A stretch of DNA of 64,000 nucleotides from the human T2T-CHM13v2.0 reference genome, Homo sapiens: NCBI RefSeq assembly GCF_009914755.1, contig NC_060942.1; one strand, 5' to 3'. Within the stretch, counting starts at the first letter, position 1. Every line of letters begins with the position of its first letter. Positions 29,271 to 44,999 of the stretch are shown in pieces. A program made the position numbers and the translations under genes. The notes under the pieces were generated by a model. It ran no database searches. It saw only the letters and a list, made by a program, of their open reading frames with translations, and was not told the origin of the DNA.

Positions 29271-29739
29271 TCCAGAGAATCACGGGAGGGTGTGTTAAGT
29301 AAATCAATTATGTCTTATAATTTGACAGATTACTTAGGTTTTGCTTCTTTTCATGTTTCAAGTTAACAGTGGAGTCTCTGGATGTTATCTATACCTTATC
29401 CCTATTTTTAACTAAATCGGATTTGTATCTAATGCTTCTTGTTGCAAATTATGGTGAAAAAAATTCATACTTTACGTACTTTAAAATGCCTGTTTGAGGG
29501 TAAGGGGTAGGGGGTTATGTGGGAGAGTGGAGAAGACTAATACATTGCAGGGGTGTAAATGTGGTTTAATTGGTTTTATAAGGGAATTGGATGGCTTATC
29601 TAGAGGTCTAATGGGATGGTTTTGAGGGCCCTAAATCATTGCTTTACACATACCACACCACCTTCAAAAGCCTTCCATAACTCTTACTGTGTAGTGAGGT
29701 TGTTTTAATCATGGACTGGATATTGTAGTCCTCAGTCTA

Positions 29740-29920
29740 TCTCTGGAATCCTCCTGTACAACCTTGGACATATTCCAATTTCCTCATTTGTAAAATGGGG
29801 ATGGTAATGCCTACTTGTCATGTTTGTTGTCATGATTAAATAATACAATGTGTGTAAACTGTTAAGCTAACATTGGGCCAACAGGATGTGCTCAGTAAAC
29901 TTTAGCGAATACTATAACAG
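29740..29920 (+). mobile_element. MIR
   Basis: TTTCCTCATTTGTAAAATGGGGATGGTAATGCCTAC...GTGCTCAGTAAA. Confidence 0.7.
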
Positions 29921-30377
29921 CTATTACTGACTTAGAGGACATTGTGGCAGCCTCTCCAGCGTTTACCAAAACCCCCGTGGTTTTGGTGGTACTGATTCTA
30001 CTTCTAATTCCTGGGATAAACCCTGAAAGAATATCTTCACTATTTGGTTCAAGTAAGAAAAGTCTCTTTTTTCGTGACTAATAGAAAGGCCCCCTACTCC
30101 TTGGGGAGATATATTATATTAATATAATTAATAGAAAGGCCCCCCACTCCAGCAGAGATATATATTGTCCTGCAAGCATCTGGAAGCTATATTGCAACAT
30201 GATTGGTGTCCACTCTAAGATGAAGTTGACATTTTGAAAGGCAGAGAAGAAATGGAAAGAAGCCAGCTCCATGATGAGTTTGAGTTACTAGTTTAAGCCA
30301 ACATTTAAGTCAGTTATATGAGTTAACTAATGGTCCTAATATTTAAGCCAGCGTGTGTTGAGTTTTCTATCACCTAT

Positions 30378-30717
30378 TGTTGTAGTCCATTTTGTGCTGC
30401 TATACCACAATACCTGAGGCTGGGTAATTTATAATCAACATACATTTATTGGCTCATAGTTCTGGAGGCTGGGAAGTACAACATCAAGGTGCTGGCATCT
30501 TGTGTGGGGCAATTTGCTGTTGGAAGGTTGAAAGGGCAAGAGCACAAGAGAGCAAACCCACTCTGGCCATCCTTTTTAATAATGCCATTAATCTATTCAT
30601 AAGGGCTGAGCCCTCAAAACCAAAACACCTTCCATTACGCCTCACCTCCCAACATTGTCACAATGGGGATTAAGTTTCCAACACATGAACTCCAGGAAGC
30701 ACATTTAAAGCATAACA
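30378..30717 (-). mobile_element. MST-type MaLR solo LTR
   Basis: TACCTGAGGCTGGGTAATTTATAA...GGGGATTAAGTTTCCAACACATGA; 5-bp TSD CCTAT at 30373-30377 and 30718-30722. Confidence 0.87.
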
Positions 30718-30950
30718 CCTATGTGTTGGAAAAAAAAAAAAAAGAACACAGACTTAAAGTTTAAGGTAAGATCCAGCTATTTACTAACAGCTAAATACTG
30801 GAGGGAAGGGGGAGCATTCACCATTCAGAAGCAAGGAGACTATTTAACTCCATTTCTTTGACTGGCTGCTAGGTTCAAAGTTTAGATCCACAAAATGGGA
30901 ACGTGGGGAAGGGAAGGGAGTAGTGATAAAGACAATGGATTTTAAAAAAA

Positions 30951-32646
<1,696 letters not shown>

Positions 32647-32658
32647 GCAATGGATTTT

Positions 32659-32953
32659 TTTTTTTTTTTTTTTTTGAGACAGGGTTTCACCCTGTCACCC
32701 AGGCTGGAGTTCAGGGTGTGTTCATGGCTCACTACAGCCTTGACTCCCCTGGTTAAGGTGACCCTACCACCTCAGCCTCCTGAGTAGCTGGGACCACAGG
32801 CACATGCCACCACACCCGGCTAATTTTTTTTTTTTAATAAACGATATTTCACCATATTGTTCAGGCTGGTCTTGAACTCCTGGGCTCAAGTAATCCATTG
32901 GCCTCAGCCTCCCAAAGTGCTGTGATTACAGGTGTGAGCCACTGCACCCAGCC
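32659..32953 (-). mobile_element. AluJ
   Basis: TCATGGCTCACTACAGCCTTGACTCC, CCTGGGCTCAAG; TSD GCAATGGATTTT. Confidence 0.9.
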
Positions 32954-34340
32954 TGCAATGGATTTTTTAATCATAGTAACTCCTAAGAATATCTCGTCAT
33001 AGAAAGGGGTTACAATACTGCAAAGTATTCTGTGGTGTTGAATATAGTTGTCAACTTAGAAAGCTAGTTTCAAGAGTGCTGAGAAACCCACTTGTCAACA
33101 AAGCCATAGTATTTGTCCAAGGAGAGTCAAACTCAAGGGTTCTAATGGGCTCACACTCTAGCCTTTTCTCAAACTATGTGACATGTAACTGTCTATTATG
33201 GGGATGACTTCTTCTGCACCTGCAACCAAAAGAGCCTTCATGGATACACAGGATAAAGTTGAAACTCTCATCCATCTGTCTAGACCTGTCGTAGCCCCTG
33301 GGACAGGTGCAGGAATAAGATGACCAACAAAATCTCAATGCTCTGCCCTCATGGAGCTCATGATCTACTGGAAAAGATGGATATTTCAATTCTAGGTCTC
33401 ACAAATCAAGGGATCATACACACAAGTGAAAATGTTAAACCAGTGATAAGTGCCATGGGAGAAAGTCATGTGTTGCAATAGGAGCACATAAAGGAGTCCT
33501 GGTCTCTTGTGTTAGTGGAGTGTCACCAACCTTTTGTCCCTCATCCTTCTCCATCTAGCTGGGTAACTTGCTACTGAAGATTTCATTAGCTATTAATATC
33601 ATTACTGAGTTGTCAGTAGAAACCTTGAGGTAAATCATTAGTAAGTCAATTTCACTACTTGTGAGCAGCTCTGTTGGTTTGTTTGTTTAAATCTAGTTGG
33701 GAAGGCTAATGTCTAATAGAACTTGATGTATATTGGTTTATTCAGTGGTTAAAATATAAAAGTATTGCCAAAAGTATGGGGAAACTGGCATACTTATGCA
33801 AATTTGGGGAAGAGAGAATCTTACACAATTAATTTGGAAGATTATTTGGCAATAACAAAACCGTGTGTGTGTCTGTGTGTGTGTATATAGTCAGGTACTT
33901 AGTTTCTCCCATTTTCTATTTGTAAAGTGGAGGTGCTGCTCACAGTGCCCACCTGGTAGGGGTAAATAAATCTACATGTGTAAAGGAAGCGCTCACAACA
34001 GTCCTCTTATAACTTTATCTTAGCTGGTTTTCTTACATCATTATTCTGAAAAAAATTTTTGTCTCATGTTGTAATTTTCCTTAGGAAATTATTTTTTTGA
34101 ATAGGTATTACATGAACATGGCAGAAAAGTCAAAAGTTACAATAGAGTATACAGTGGAAAGTAAATTTTCCTCCCTCCCCAGCAACCACCCAGTTCCCCC
34201 TCCTCGAGGCAACCAATATACATGGATAAATGGACAAACGGATAGATGAACAGATGGATGGAAGGATAAATGCACACATATATAATTTTTTGCTTATGTT
34301 ATTTTTCCAATAGAATTAAAAAAATATTCTCATCTCATGA

Positions 34341-34677
34341 AGAACAAGAAGGGAGGAAGAGGAGGAGGAGAATAGGAGGAGGAAGAAGAGGAGAAAGGAG
34401 GAGGAGAAGGAAGAGGAGGAGGAAGAGGAGAAAGGAGGAAGAGGAGGAGGAGGAGAAAGAAGAGGAGGAAGAGGAAGAGGAGAAGGAGGAAGAGGAGGAG
34501 GAGGAGAAAGAAGAGGAGGAAGAGGAGAAGAAGGAAGAGAGGGAGGAGGAAGAGGAAGAAGAACAGGAGGAAGAGGAAGAGGAGAAGAAGGAAGAGGAGA
34601 AGGAGGAAGGGGGAGGAGGAAGAGGAGGAGAGGGAGGAAGAGGAGGAAGAGGGGGAGGAAGAGGAGGAGAAGGGGAT
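34341..34677. repeat. GA-rich polypurine tract built from GAG/GAA triplets
   Basis: About 335 bp almost free of pyrimidines on the + strand. Confidence 0.97.
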
Positions 34678-35235
34678 GATGGTGGTAATACCTGGCCAGA
34701 TCTTTCCTTTTCCTGGCTCATGGAGTCTCTGAGAAATGGAGGAGTGATCTCTGGCTTTCCAAGGCATACCCTATAAAGGTTGGGGGCTCACTCTTGTGTA
34801 GAGCCTTCCCATCCTGTCTAGTTACCTCATGACTTGGGGAAGATGGTTATACAGAATCCTCAAAATCTCTCTCAAGACAGGATTTCAGTGTGGCACATCT
34901 AGTGAGTTCCCCTGTCCTGGAAAGGTTCAAGGTTCTGAATCAATATTTTTAAATCCATAACATGGAGTTTCTTTCTTATTACAAAAATAATAGGTGCACA
35001 TTACCTTTTTTAAAAGTCAGAAAACATATAAAAGGATAAAAGAAAAAATTTATTCATAATCCTATGATTTATATAGTTTAATCCTTAAATATTACTATGG
35101 CTACTGAACTAATAATTTAAAATAAACTAAAGCAAATTAAACAGGAAAGTTAATATCATATCTAAAAATCACAATACAAAAAAAGGATTGGAAAATGTCT
35201 CAAATGAATACAGGCATTATTCTAAATAGTTTCTA

Positions 35236-35633
<398 letters not shown>

Positions 35634-36345
35634 TTAACTTAAGTTTCCTTTATCCTGTAGCTTTTCTTGACCTGGACATAAACATTTGGAAAGTGATAAA
35701 TATATTCCTTGAGGGATGAATTTTAAAGCAAATCACCTATGCCAAATAATTTATCGTGTGTGAAAACTAGTCTCAGTATTTAATTGCTGGCATTTTGGTT
35801 TGTTGCTCTCGTTGCATAAGTTACGCACAGTGTTTGCTCCGGTTCCTTTGTCTCTGCCTCTTTTAATTCCACAGTCAGAAACTAAGATTGTCACTTCACA
35901 GGGAAAAAGAAGACAAGGAAGTAAAACCACAGTAGTACAGAGTCCATTATTTGAAAAATGTGATTAAGTGTAGACAGGGGTTGATTTTCTTCAACAAGTC
36001 AGTTTTCTTTTACTGTTAGTATGAATTAAAAGCTTAATCAACATAAAATGCTTAAAATATTTATAAAAGCAAGCTTGCCTTACATATTTTTGGAGTCATA
36101 TAACTTGTTTGTTCATTAAAAAACAACCATTTTTTAATCCTAGTTGTGCTATGCGTAATATTTACCTTCAGATATTAAAATCATTTAAAATAAAATCCTT
36201 TGTTTTTTTCTCTGAACTAGTCCAAAATAGTAAGATGTTACTGTATTAAGCTTTCCAGGATATTATTGACTGGAAATACTTCTTTTTTTTCTTTATAGCT
36301 TTCGTATCTACCTTTTTCTTTTAATCACACAAAAATATGTGTCTT

Positions 36346-36469
36346 TGGGTGTGGTGGCACAGATGTGTAGTCCCAACTACTCAGGAGGCTGAGGCAGGAG
36401 GATCACTTGAGCCCAGGAGTTCAAGTCCAGCCTGAGCAACATAGTGAGACCCCACCATCTCAAAAAAAA
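36346..36469 (+). mobile_element. FLAM-type Alu monomer
   Basis: Single monomer GTAGTCCCAACTACTCAGG...GAGCCCAGGAGTTCAAGTCCAGCCTG...ATAGTGAGACCCC + short A tail. Confidence 0.82.
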
Positions 36470-37531
36470 GTGTCCATTATTTTTAAAGTTAAAATTATAA
36501 CTAAGTTTTAAAACATTTAAAAGATGTGAAGATCTGAACTTGAACCATAGGTGTGTGACAAAGTAGAGATATTTATAAGGAATATCCCTTTTAAATTTCA
36601 ATTTATTTTCCAGGATTTAGGCAGTTAAAACACACAGATTTATCTCCAAATTTATTTTATTTTAAAATGATTGCACGTTGACTGTGACTACCAAAGTCGC
36701 TATTAGTTTTCCTCTCTGTAACCAAATAGAAATAACTAATTCAACCCGCAAGCTGAACTATTCCTAATTAGTCAGAAACAAGTGCTTTTTAATTCCATTT
36801 GTAAAATGTCCAAGGGAAAAGAGTCCCAGTTTGCCTGAATAATCTGTTACTAAATTTCCTCCCTGCTCTTAATAGCTCTACCATAAAGAAGCCCTTCATT
36901 ACAGTTCATTCAAATCTCTTAAGCCATAACTTTTAACCCCGTTTCTTCTCCCGGGATTGGTTGTGTTGAATTTATTGCCTTTGATTTTCACTTCTATCAA
37001 GACATGTGGATTGATTTATAGGTTGCTTTAGCTTCTTCCTGTATGATAGCAGTCATCAACCCGTGCTTATTTGTTCGGTAGGGACAATTATTTCAGCTCC
37101 ATATGTGCCATACACATTCACAAATTCCACTTTTAAACTCAGTTTCTAAAATGGTTACGACCAGTAGGCCTACTTTTCTGGTAAAAATTCGTAAACCCTT
37201 GTAAAAATTATACAAGAAATACTCAAATACATTCTTACTGTAAAAGATTCAAAAATATAAAGTGTGTAGAATAAAACACTAGAGCATCCTTTCCTCTCCC
37301 CCACCCCATTTCATTTCCAATCCTTTCACTATGTACATTTTCTGTCCAATTCCTAGACATTCTGTCAGCGTGTTTTGAATTTTTTCCTCCCCAGACTTGA
37401 TTAGGCCTTATTTTCTCTGTGTAGCACTGGAAGAAATGCAGATTCATAGACTCAAACAGACAGTTAAGCATCCGTCAGAAAAGACTCTTACATCTTCCTA
37501 TGGAGGCTGGGCACTCGGGTCTAGCAGCTGC

Positions 37532-37836
37532 TTTTTTTTTTTTTTTTTTTTTTGGATGCAGAGTCTCGCTCTGTAACCCAGGCTGTAGTGCAGTGGCGCG
37601 ATCTCAGCTCACAGCAGTCTCTGCCTCCCTGGTTCAAGCGATCCTCCTGCCTCAGCCTCCCCAGTAGGTGGGATTACAGAGGCCTGCCACCACGGCCGGC
37701 TGATTTCTGTATTTTTAGTAGAGAAGGAGTTTTGCCATGTTGGCCAGGCTGGTCTCGAACTCCTGACCTCAGGTGATCCACCCGCCTCGGCCTCCCAAAT
37801 TACTGGGATTACAGGCGTGAGCTACTGTGCCCAGCC
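37532..37836 (-). mobile_element. AluS
   Basis: Full dimer with poly(T); flanks AG(C/T)AGCTGCT. Confidence 0.93.
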
Positions 37837-38380
37837 AAGTAGCTGCTATTTGATCCAGACTTTGTGTCATACCTAAAAGTAACATAAAAACATAAGAAAC
37901 AGCATCTCGAGTCATATCGCTGCTTCATTGCATTCGGTGTCCAGCCTGTGGTAACTGGACTAGGACTCACTCATACAGAAAGGCATGATAGCCGTCCTCA
38001 GGGAAGCCCCACCCACCTCCCCAAAAGATCCTTTCTCAGCTTCCATTATCCTTGACATACTTGTTCCACTGAAATGCTCTTTCGTAGCGCTGAGTGACCT
38101 TGGGAACTTCACATAACCTCAGGGGCCTCATTTTTATCAGGTATAAGTCAGATTTCCTAAATCTCCTCCATGCTTCTACATGTTCTTATAATCCTTATGT
38201 TCCTCAAGTGAAAGGTTAAAATATGACAATGATATTATTAATAGTAAGAATATTCAAAAACACACATTCAAAAACGCAGTATTTTCCCCTGGGAAATTTT
38301 TTGCCTTGTTTTCGTATTTAAAATATTAATCAAGAGACGTCGACACCAATGGCTATCTGACATTTGAAATCCACAGCCTA

Positions 38381-38842
<462 letters not shown>

Positions 38843-38917
38843 TCAGCCAGGTCCCACAGGTGAGGCAGGGTCTTAAAAGAGAAAGAAAATCACACCTCAA
38901 AAAAGACCAGAAACAAA

Positions 38918-39190
38918 CTGGGCATGGTGGCTTGTGCCTGTAATCCCAGAGCTTTGGGAGGCCAAGGCAGGAGGATGGCTTCAGACCAGCAGTTTGAGAC
39001 CAGCCTGGTCAAGATGTTGAGACCCCCATCTCAATAGCAAAATTCTTAAAATTTGCCAGCTATTGTGGCATGCATCTGTCGTTCAAGCTGTGTGGGAGGC
39101 TAAGGCAGGAGGATTGCTTGAGTCCGCCCAGGAGTTCAAGGCTGCAGTGAGCCTCAAAAAACCAAAAAAAAAAAAAAAAACCAAAAAAAT
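38918..39190 (+). mobile_element. AluJ with 3' internal deletion
   Basis: GGCTGCAGTGAGCC joins directly to TCAAAAA tail; flanks AGAAACA(A/G)ACT. Confidence 0.85.
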
Positions 39191-39265
39191 TAGAAACAGA
39201 CTAGGGATATCAGACCAAGGAAGAAAGATAGTGCCCCAGTAGACAATACTAGACTGGCTGAGGTC

Positions 39266-39709
39266 TGTGTTGGTTATCTATTGCTGTATAACAAATTACT
39301 GCAAAATTAGCTGCTTAAAGGAGCAAATATTTATTTTCTTATATGCTGTCTGAGGGTTGGGAATCTGCGATGACCCGGCTGGATGGTCTGGGCCAGGGTT
39401 TCTCAGGCTGTTGGCTGAGGCCATACTCTCTGAATTCTTGACATCGGGCTGGAGGATCCACTTGCAAGCTCACTTGCAAGGCGTTGGCAGGAGGCTTCCT
39501 CTCCACACGGCCCCCACTGTTGGTTTGCTCACAACATGGTTTCCCCAAGCAGAGACATCTGAGCATGAGACTGCTAGACAGAGACCAAAATGAAAGCAAC
39601 AGTGTCTTTATAATGGAATCTCAGGAATGACAATCACTTTCTCTAAATTCTTCTGGTCACCAACACCAACCTTAGCACACTGGGGCCATCTTAAGGGCTG
39701 GCTACCACG
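39266..39709 (-). mobile_element. MLT1 (F/G/H-like) MaLR LTR
   Basis: TGTGTTGGTTATCTATTGCTGTATAACAAATTAC...GGGGCCATCTTAAGGGCTGGCTACCAC. Confidence 0.78.
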
Positions 39710-39911
39710 AGTCCCGGGTTGCAGCCTATCTGTTTGGGAACAGCTTTATTGACATTAAGAAAAGGAAAACTCAGTGTGGACTTACAATATGAACAAAAGC
39801 TCCACAGAGTGTGAGCAGCTGAGCTCAGGCTTAAAGGTAACTAGTGCTGGGGGCGGCAAACAAGGGGAGGCAGATGGGATTATCTGCCTGAAAAAAATCA
39901 ACAGAACAGAG

Positions 39912-40551
<640 letters not shown>

Positions 40552-40919
40552 GAAGCAGAATGAATGTGGATGGCCAAAGCTAAAAAAGACCTGATTGAAA
40601 CAGGAGCCATATAGCGAAGTGCTGTTTTTCAAGATAAGTTTTAACCATAATAATGTGGTGAATATTTGATGCTCTTCATCAAGTAATCAATCAAAATATG
40701 TAAAGTCCCCTAAAATCGTTTATAAGCAACTTTAGGGGTGTTTCAGGAAATGGAACCAGACCGGATATGAGGTTTAATCAAAAATTGTATCATCTTCTAA
40801 AAACAAAATTCCAGATTTTTTAAAATAAAAATGCTATTGAATATTTCATTTGATAATATTTGCTTGTTGAAGAGTTTTTCATTTTTTAAAAAAATAATTA
40901 AAAACTAAATTGACATATA

Positions 40920-41259
40920 GAGTAGTGCCCTCTTATCTGTGATTTTGCTTTCTGTACCTTCAGTTACCTGAGGTCAACCACGGTTGGAAAATCTTAAGAT
41001 ACTTTGAGAGAGAGAAAGAGAGAAAAACCACACTCACATAACTTTTATTACAGTATAATGTTATAATTGTTATATTTTATTATTATCGTTGTCAATCTCT
41101 CATTATGCCTAATTTATAAGTTAAATTTTATCATAGGTATGCATGTATAGGAAAAAAACAGTATATGTAGGGTACCATACTATCCAAGGTTTCAGGCATC
41201 CATGGGGAAGGGTCTTGGAACATATGTATCCCTGAGGATAAGGGGGAATGGGATTACTG
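40920..41259 (+). mobile_element. MER44A Tigger MITE
   Basis: Terminal inverted repeats AGTAGTGCCCTCTTATC / GATAAGGGGG...TACTG; internal CACATAACTTTTATTACAGTATA. Confidence 0.82.
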
Positions 41260-41696
41260 TCATTAGGAGAATGTATGTAATTTGGCTAAAACAAAGAAAG
41301 CCACAGGATTTGAGATTAAGAATAAATATTTAAAAGGCTGAAGTTTTGAGACCAGTGTGATTCCCCAACAATAAAGACTTTTTGAATTCCTGCATCAACC
41401 TTAGTAGAATTCTAAGTAACAAAATGGCGAAAGGATTCACTGATACAAGTTGTTGTGATGGCTTGGGCAGAAAGTTAGTGATATCTGAACTCCTGCTCTT
41501 TTGAATTTTGTTTTATCCGTTAAAAAGATGAGAAATACAATAGAGAAAACATTATGCATGTTATTTGTATTTCCCAAATTGGAAAAAAAGTAAATCAGTT
41601 TCTTTTAATGACGTCCTATAATTCATTTCCAGAGCATATTGAATGTAAGTCTTTTCAATATCATCTCAGGGCAGTAACCAAACTCCTGTGTAGTAT

Positions 41697-42436
41697 TGAA
41701 ATGGGAGAGTTCCCTGACCTCCCTCACAGGACATGCGGTGGGTGTGGCTTTGTTTGGCCGCTGTGCACTCAACCCCTTATGGGAGGGGGAGCACGCAGAC
41801 GGGCAGGTGCAAGAGCCAAGGGGAGCACTTTTGGGCTCTGGCCCCACTGTAGCATCTAGGGGTGGATGCCTGCAACTCCCAAAGCCCCAGTGGATGTATT
41901 ACAGTGCTCTTTTAGCTCTGCCATCCACAGACGGCTTAAGTATTAACCAACTCAGTGCCCTCTTGGTATCCAGGTCCTTGTCTGGCATCCAAGAAGAATT
42001 GGGTCACACAGACAAATTGAAGGAGGGCAAATGTGGGGGATTTTAATGCCAGATGGAGGTGGCTCTAAGCAGGATGGATGGGGAGCTGGAAAGGGGATGG
42101 AGTGGGAAGATGATCTGCCCCTGGAGTTTGGTTGCCCCATGGACAATCTCCTCTCCAACCGTCCCCAGCCAAATTACTCTCAGCTTTCAGATGCTCCTTC
42201 TCTTCTCTCCTTCTCTGCTGTGCTGCTCTTCTGCTCCTCTGCTCTTCTGCTCATGGAGCCTGGGGTTTGGGGTTTATATGGGTGCAGGATAGGGCAGGTC
42301 AAAAGGCAACATATGGATGCACAAACAGGAATGGCTGCTCCCATTTAGGGCTGAGGGTTTCCAGTGTTGGGGGTGGGGCCTTTCCCAGGGAACCACCCTC
42401 TTCTACCCAGTATTTCCTTGCCTCCTGTCCATAGCA
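41697..42436 (-). mobile_element. LTR1-family ERV1 solo LTR
   Basis: Minus strand begins TGCTATGGACAGGAGGCAAGGAAATACTGGGTAGAAGAGGG; TG/CA termini; 4-bp TSD GTAT at 41693-41696 and 42437-42440. Confidence 0.85.
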
Positions 42437-44145
42437 GTATCTTCCTTAACTGCTGATGGTCTCAAAGTACAAAGTTCTCCAAGTCATTCTCAGAGTAGAC
42501 TGAGAAGTATTCCTAACTGGCGAAGTCACCACACACTGATGCCACCCCATTTCTCAGTCTGGATCCATCCTGATTCATCTATCCATTCAAACATCTACTA
42601 TTGAGTTTTTGTTATTTTCCCAGCCCTGGGCTCAGTAGATATGATTTTGTAAGAGCTTAGACATTTGAACAAGGAAAAAAAAGAAAATTTGAACAAGGAA
42701 ATGAGACATAAATGCATAAACTGTTAAATAATACAAAATAGCAAATGATTAAGTGCTAGAACAGATACTAGGGACAATAATTGTTTAAATGTTCAGAGAA
42801 AGAGAATACTGAATGAATTATCTGAATATGGTTTAGGGGAAGATGAGACTTGCAGCGGGCTCTAAAATATGAGCAAGGCAAATTCTGTGATTTAATTTGC
42901 TGTGACAGAGAGGTGAGAGCCTTCTATGCTGGAGGAAGATGCTTCTCTCATCTTCCTCTCTCTTCTTCCAGGGTGAGAGCATCTATCCAGGGCAAATAGG
43001 ATCTCATCTCAGCAAGGCTAATCTCAGCAAGAGCCCCTCATCCCACATAAGGTTTTCCTCAGTTGTACAGCCTGAGAAACTCAATTCATCAGTGTGCTTT
43101 GACATTAACACAAATAAAATACAGTGTATTTTTTCATTGCCTTAATCTTTGTGGTTTTTAAATGTAACTAACAGCCAAAGCCCAATAGCACATCCTTCTA
43201 CTGATTAATAAATGAACCCCATGTTTGTTTTATAGATATGTCTGCTAAGTAATAAATCTGTGTCATTAAATTAGGGGGAAAACAGAATTTGGAAAAGTAC
43301 TTTTAATGGTTGTTGTTTAATTACCCCAATCAGGGTGTTGCATTATAAGGAAAATACATTTCTCATAGCTGTGCACCATTCTTAATTCAGATAATCTGTG
43401 CTCACAGGTGGACAAAAGGACCGTTTAGATGTGAAGCCTGGTGTTGTTCTCCCTTTTGACATCCAGCAACCTGGCATGATATCTCAAAGACGTGAGATGA
43501 AGAGCTGAGCCAGGGCAGAGGACTCTGATCATAAAACTGCATGATCCTTGTCAGTTATCAGAAGCTGTTTTAGTTGGAGAGGCTATTGGAATACCCTGGG
43601 GAAAATCCTCTGATTCTTTATTAATTTCATTTTGATCAGAGGACACCCTGCTCTATAAACCAGTTTCCTTCTTATGATGGAGCACAATTAGGAAGAAAAT
43701 AAATGTACTCTTTGAAAGGAAGATCATGAGAAGGGACACTCCCTTGCGTGAACTGCTAACAAATCCATTAGAGAGCTGATAAAAGCTGGCACTTTTTTAT
43801 GATATCTGAGCTGGGATGAAGTATGGCAAGATGGGCACTTCTATGTCATCATGGTATATGACGCTCTCAATTTTCCCACTCCAGCCTGTGAAGCCATTAG
43901 CCAAATATCCTCCATCTCATTCCTCTTTCTGCCATGTTTTGACCTCTGGGAAATTAGGTCTGTTAAAACTTTCAGACATTTGTCAAAATGATAGTTCTGA
44001 ACTGATTTAGATCAGGAAAGATGCATATAATTTTAAAGGATTTCTTTTTCATGTGTGATGAATTTATCCATAATCTAACTCAATGGACAGAAGGAGCACT
44101 CATCCTCAAATAAAGAAAGAAACAATTTCACCTGTGGCATAAAAT

Positions 44146-44146
44146 T

Positions 44147-44182
<36 letters not shown>
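44146..44182. repeat. (CT)n(AT)n microsatellite
   Basis: Read directly. Confidence 0.95.
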
Positions 44183-44337
44183 ATGCATCTAACTGCATAG
44201 CAAAGAAGCTTATACAAACTTAGTTCCTCTTTTAGGAGATGCCCATTCTGAGTGGAAACCATATAAATGAAACAGGAACTTTAGCATGAAAGTAATAAAA
44301 CAATACATGAATATGCGCTGCCTTATTTGCATCAAAT

Positions 44338-44397
44338 TCAAGTTAAAAATGATTTAAAGATAGCGATATCTTTATCTTTAAATCACTTTTGACTTGA
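44338..44397. repeat. 25-bp near-perfect inverted repeat, 10-nt loop
   Basis: TCAAGTTAAAAATGATTTAAAGATA / TATCTTTAAATCACTTTTGACTTGA, 23 of 25 complementary. Confidence 0.93.
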
Positions 44398-44999
44398 CCA
44401 TATGGGGTAGGACTAGGAAAGTTGGGGGGTGCAATTTCAATTCTAGTCGGGAAGAAGTCTTAAACTTTTTCTAATCGATGCAGATTTTCACTGAACTGCA
44501 TACCTAAAACAACAAGTTATCATTTGAAATGACCCTTTGTGGATAGGGCATTTCTTAGAAATAAAGAAGACATTGGGATTTAGAAGGAGTCAGAGCCCTG
44601 GGCTCTGTTGTCCATGGAAGCCCTAGGCTTGCCCCAGGGACTCCTGGGAGCTGTGCTGCAGACTCGGTAGACTTTAGGACTTCCTCTGTCAGTGAAGGTC
44701 CACACAGCACAGGCCAGGGGAGACTAGCGCCTAAGCTGGATTTGGGTGGTGATCCCGAGAGGCAGAAGTTAAGGAGGGAAAGTTTGAGGAACGGAAGGAA
44801 TAAAAGCCAAAGCCAATGCAATGTATGTTATTGAGTTGTTTGCTGCTCTGGGCACCTGAGGCTCATGTCCCACTAGAAAACCCTTGAGGACCCATGCAGA
44901 AAAGTATCCCACCAAAACATAGAAGCCTGGACATTCTCTATCATTCCCATCACCTCTTGCTCTGGGGTTGCTTCTGAAGACATTAAATCCCTTTACTTT

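Noticed and set aside
34270-34776. 168-aa Arg/Glu/Gly-rich ORF and overlapping antisense poly-Ser/Leu ORFs
   Set aside because: Open only because a purine-only tract cannot contain stop codons; no splice signals or recognisable domain
41554-42604. Cluster of 80-116 aa ORFs
   Set aside because: Fall within the GC-richer LTR1-type solo LTR; no retroviral protein similarity visible
42940-43050. Strong polypyrimidine tract and CAG acceptor
   Set aside because: No good downstream donor; isolated acceptor-like motifs are common
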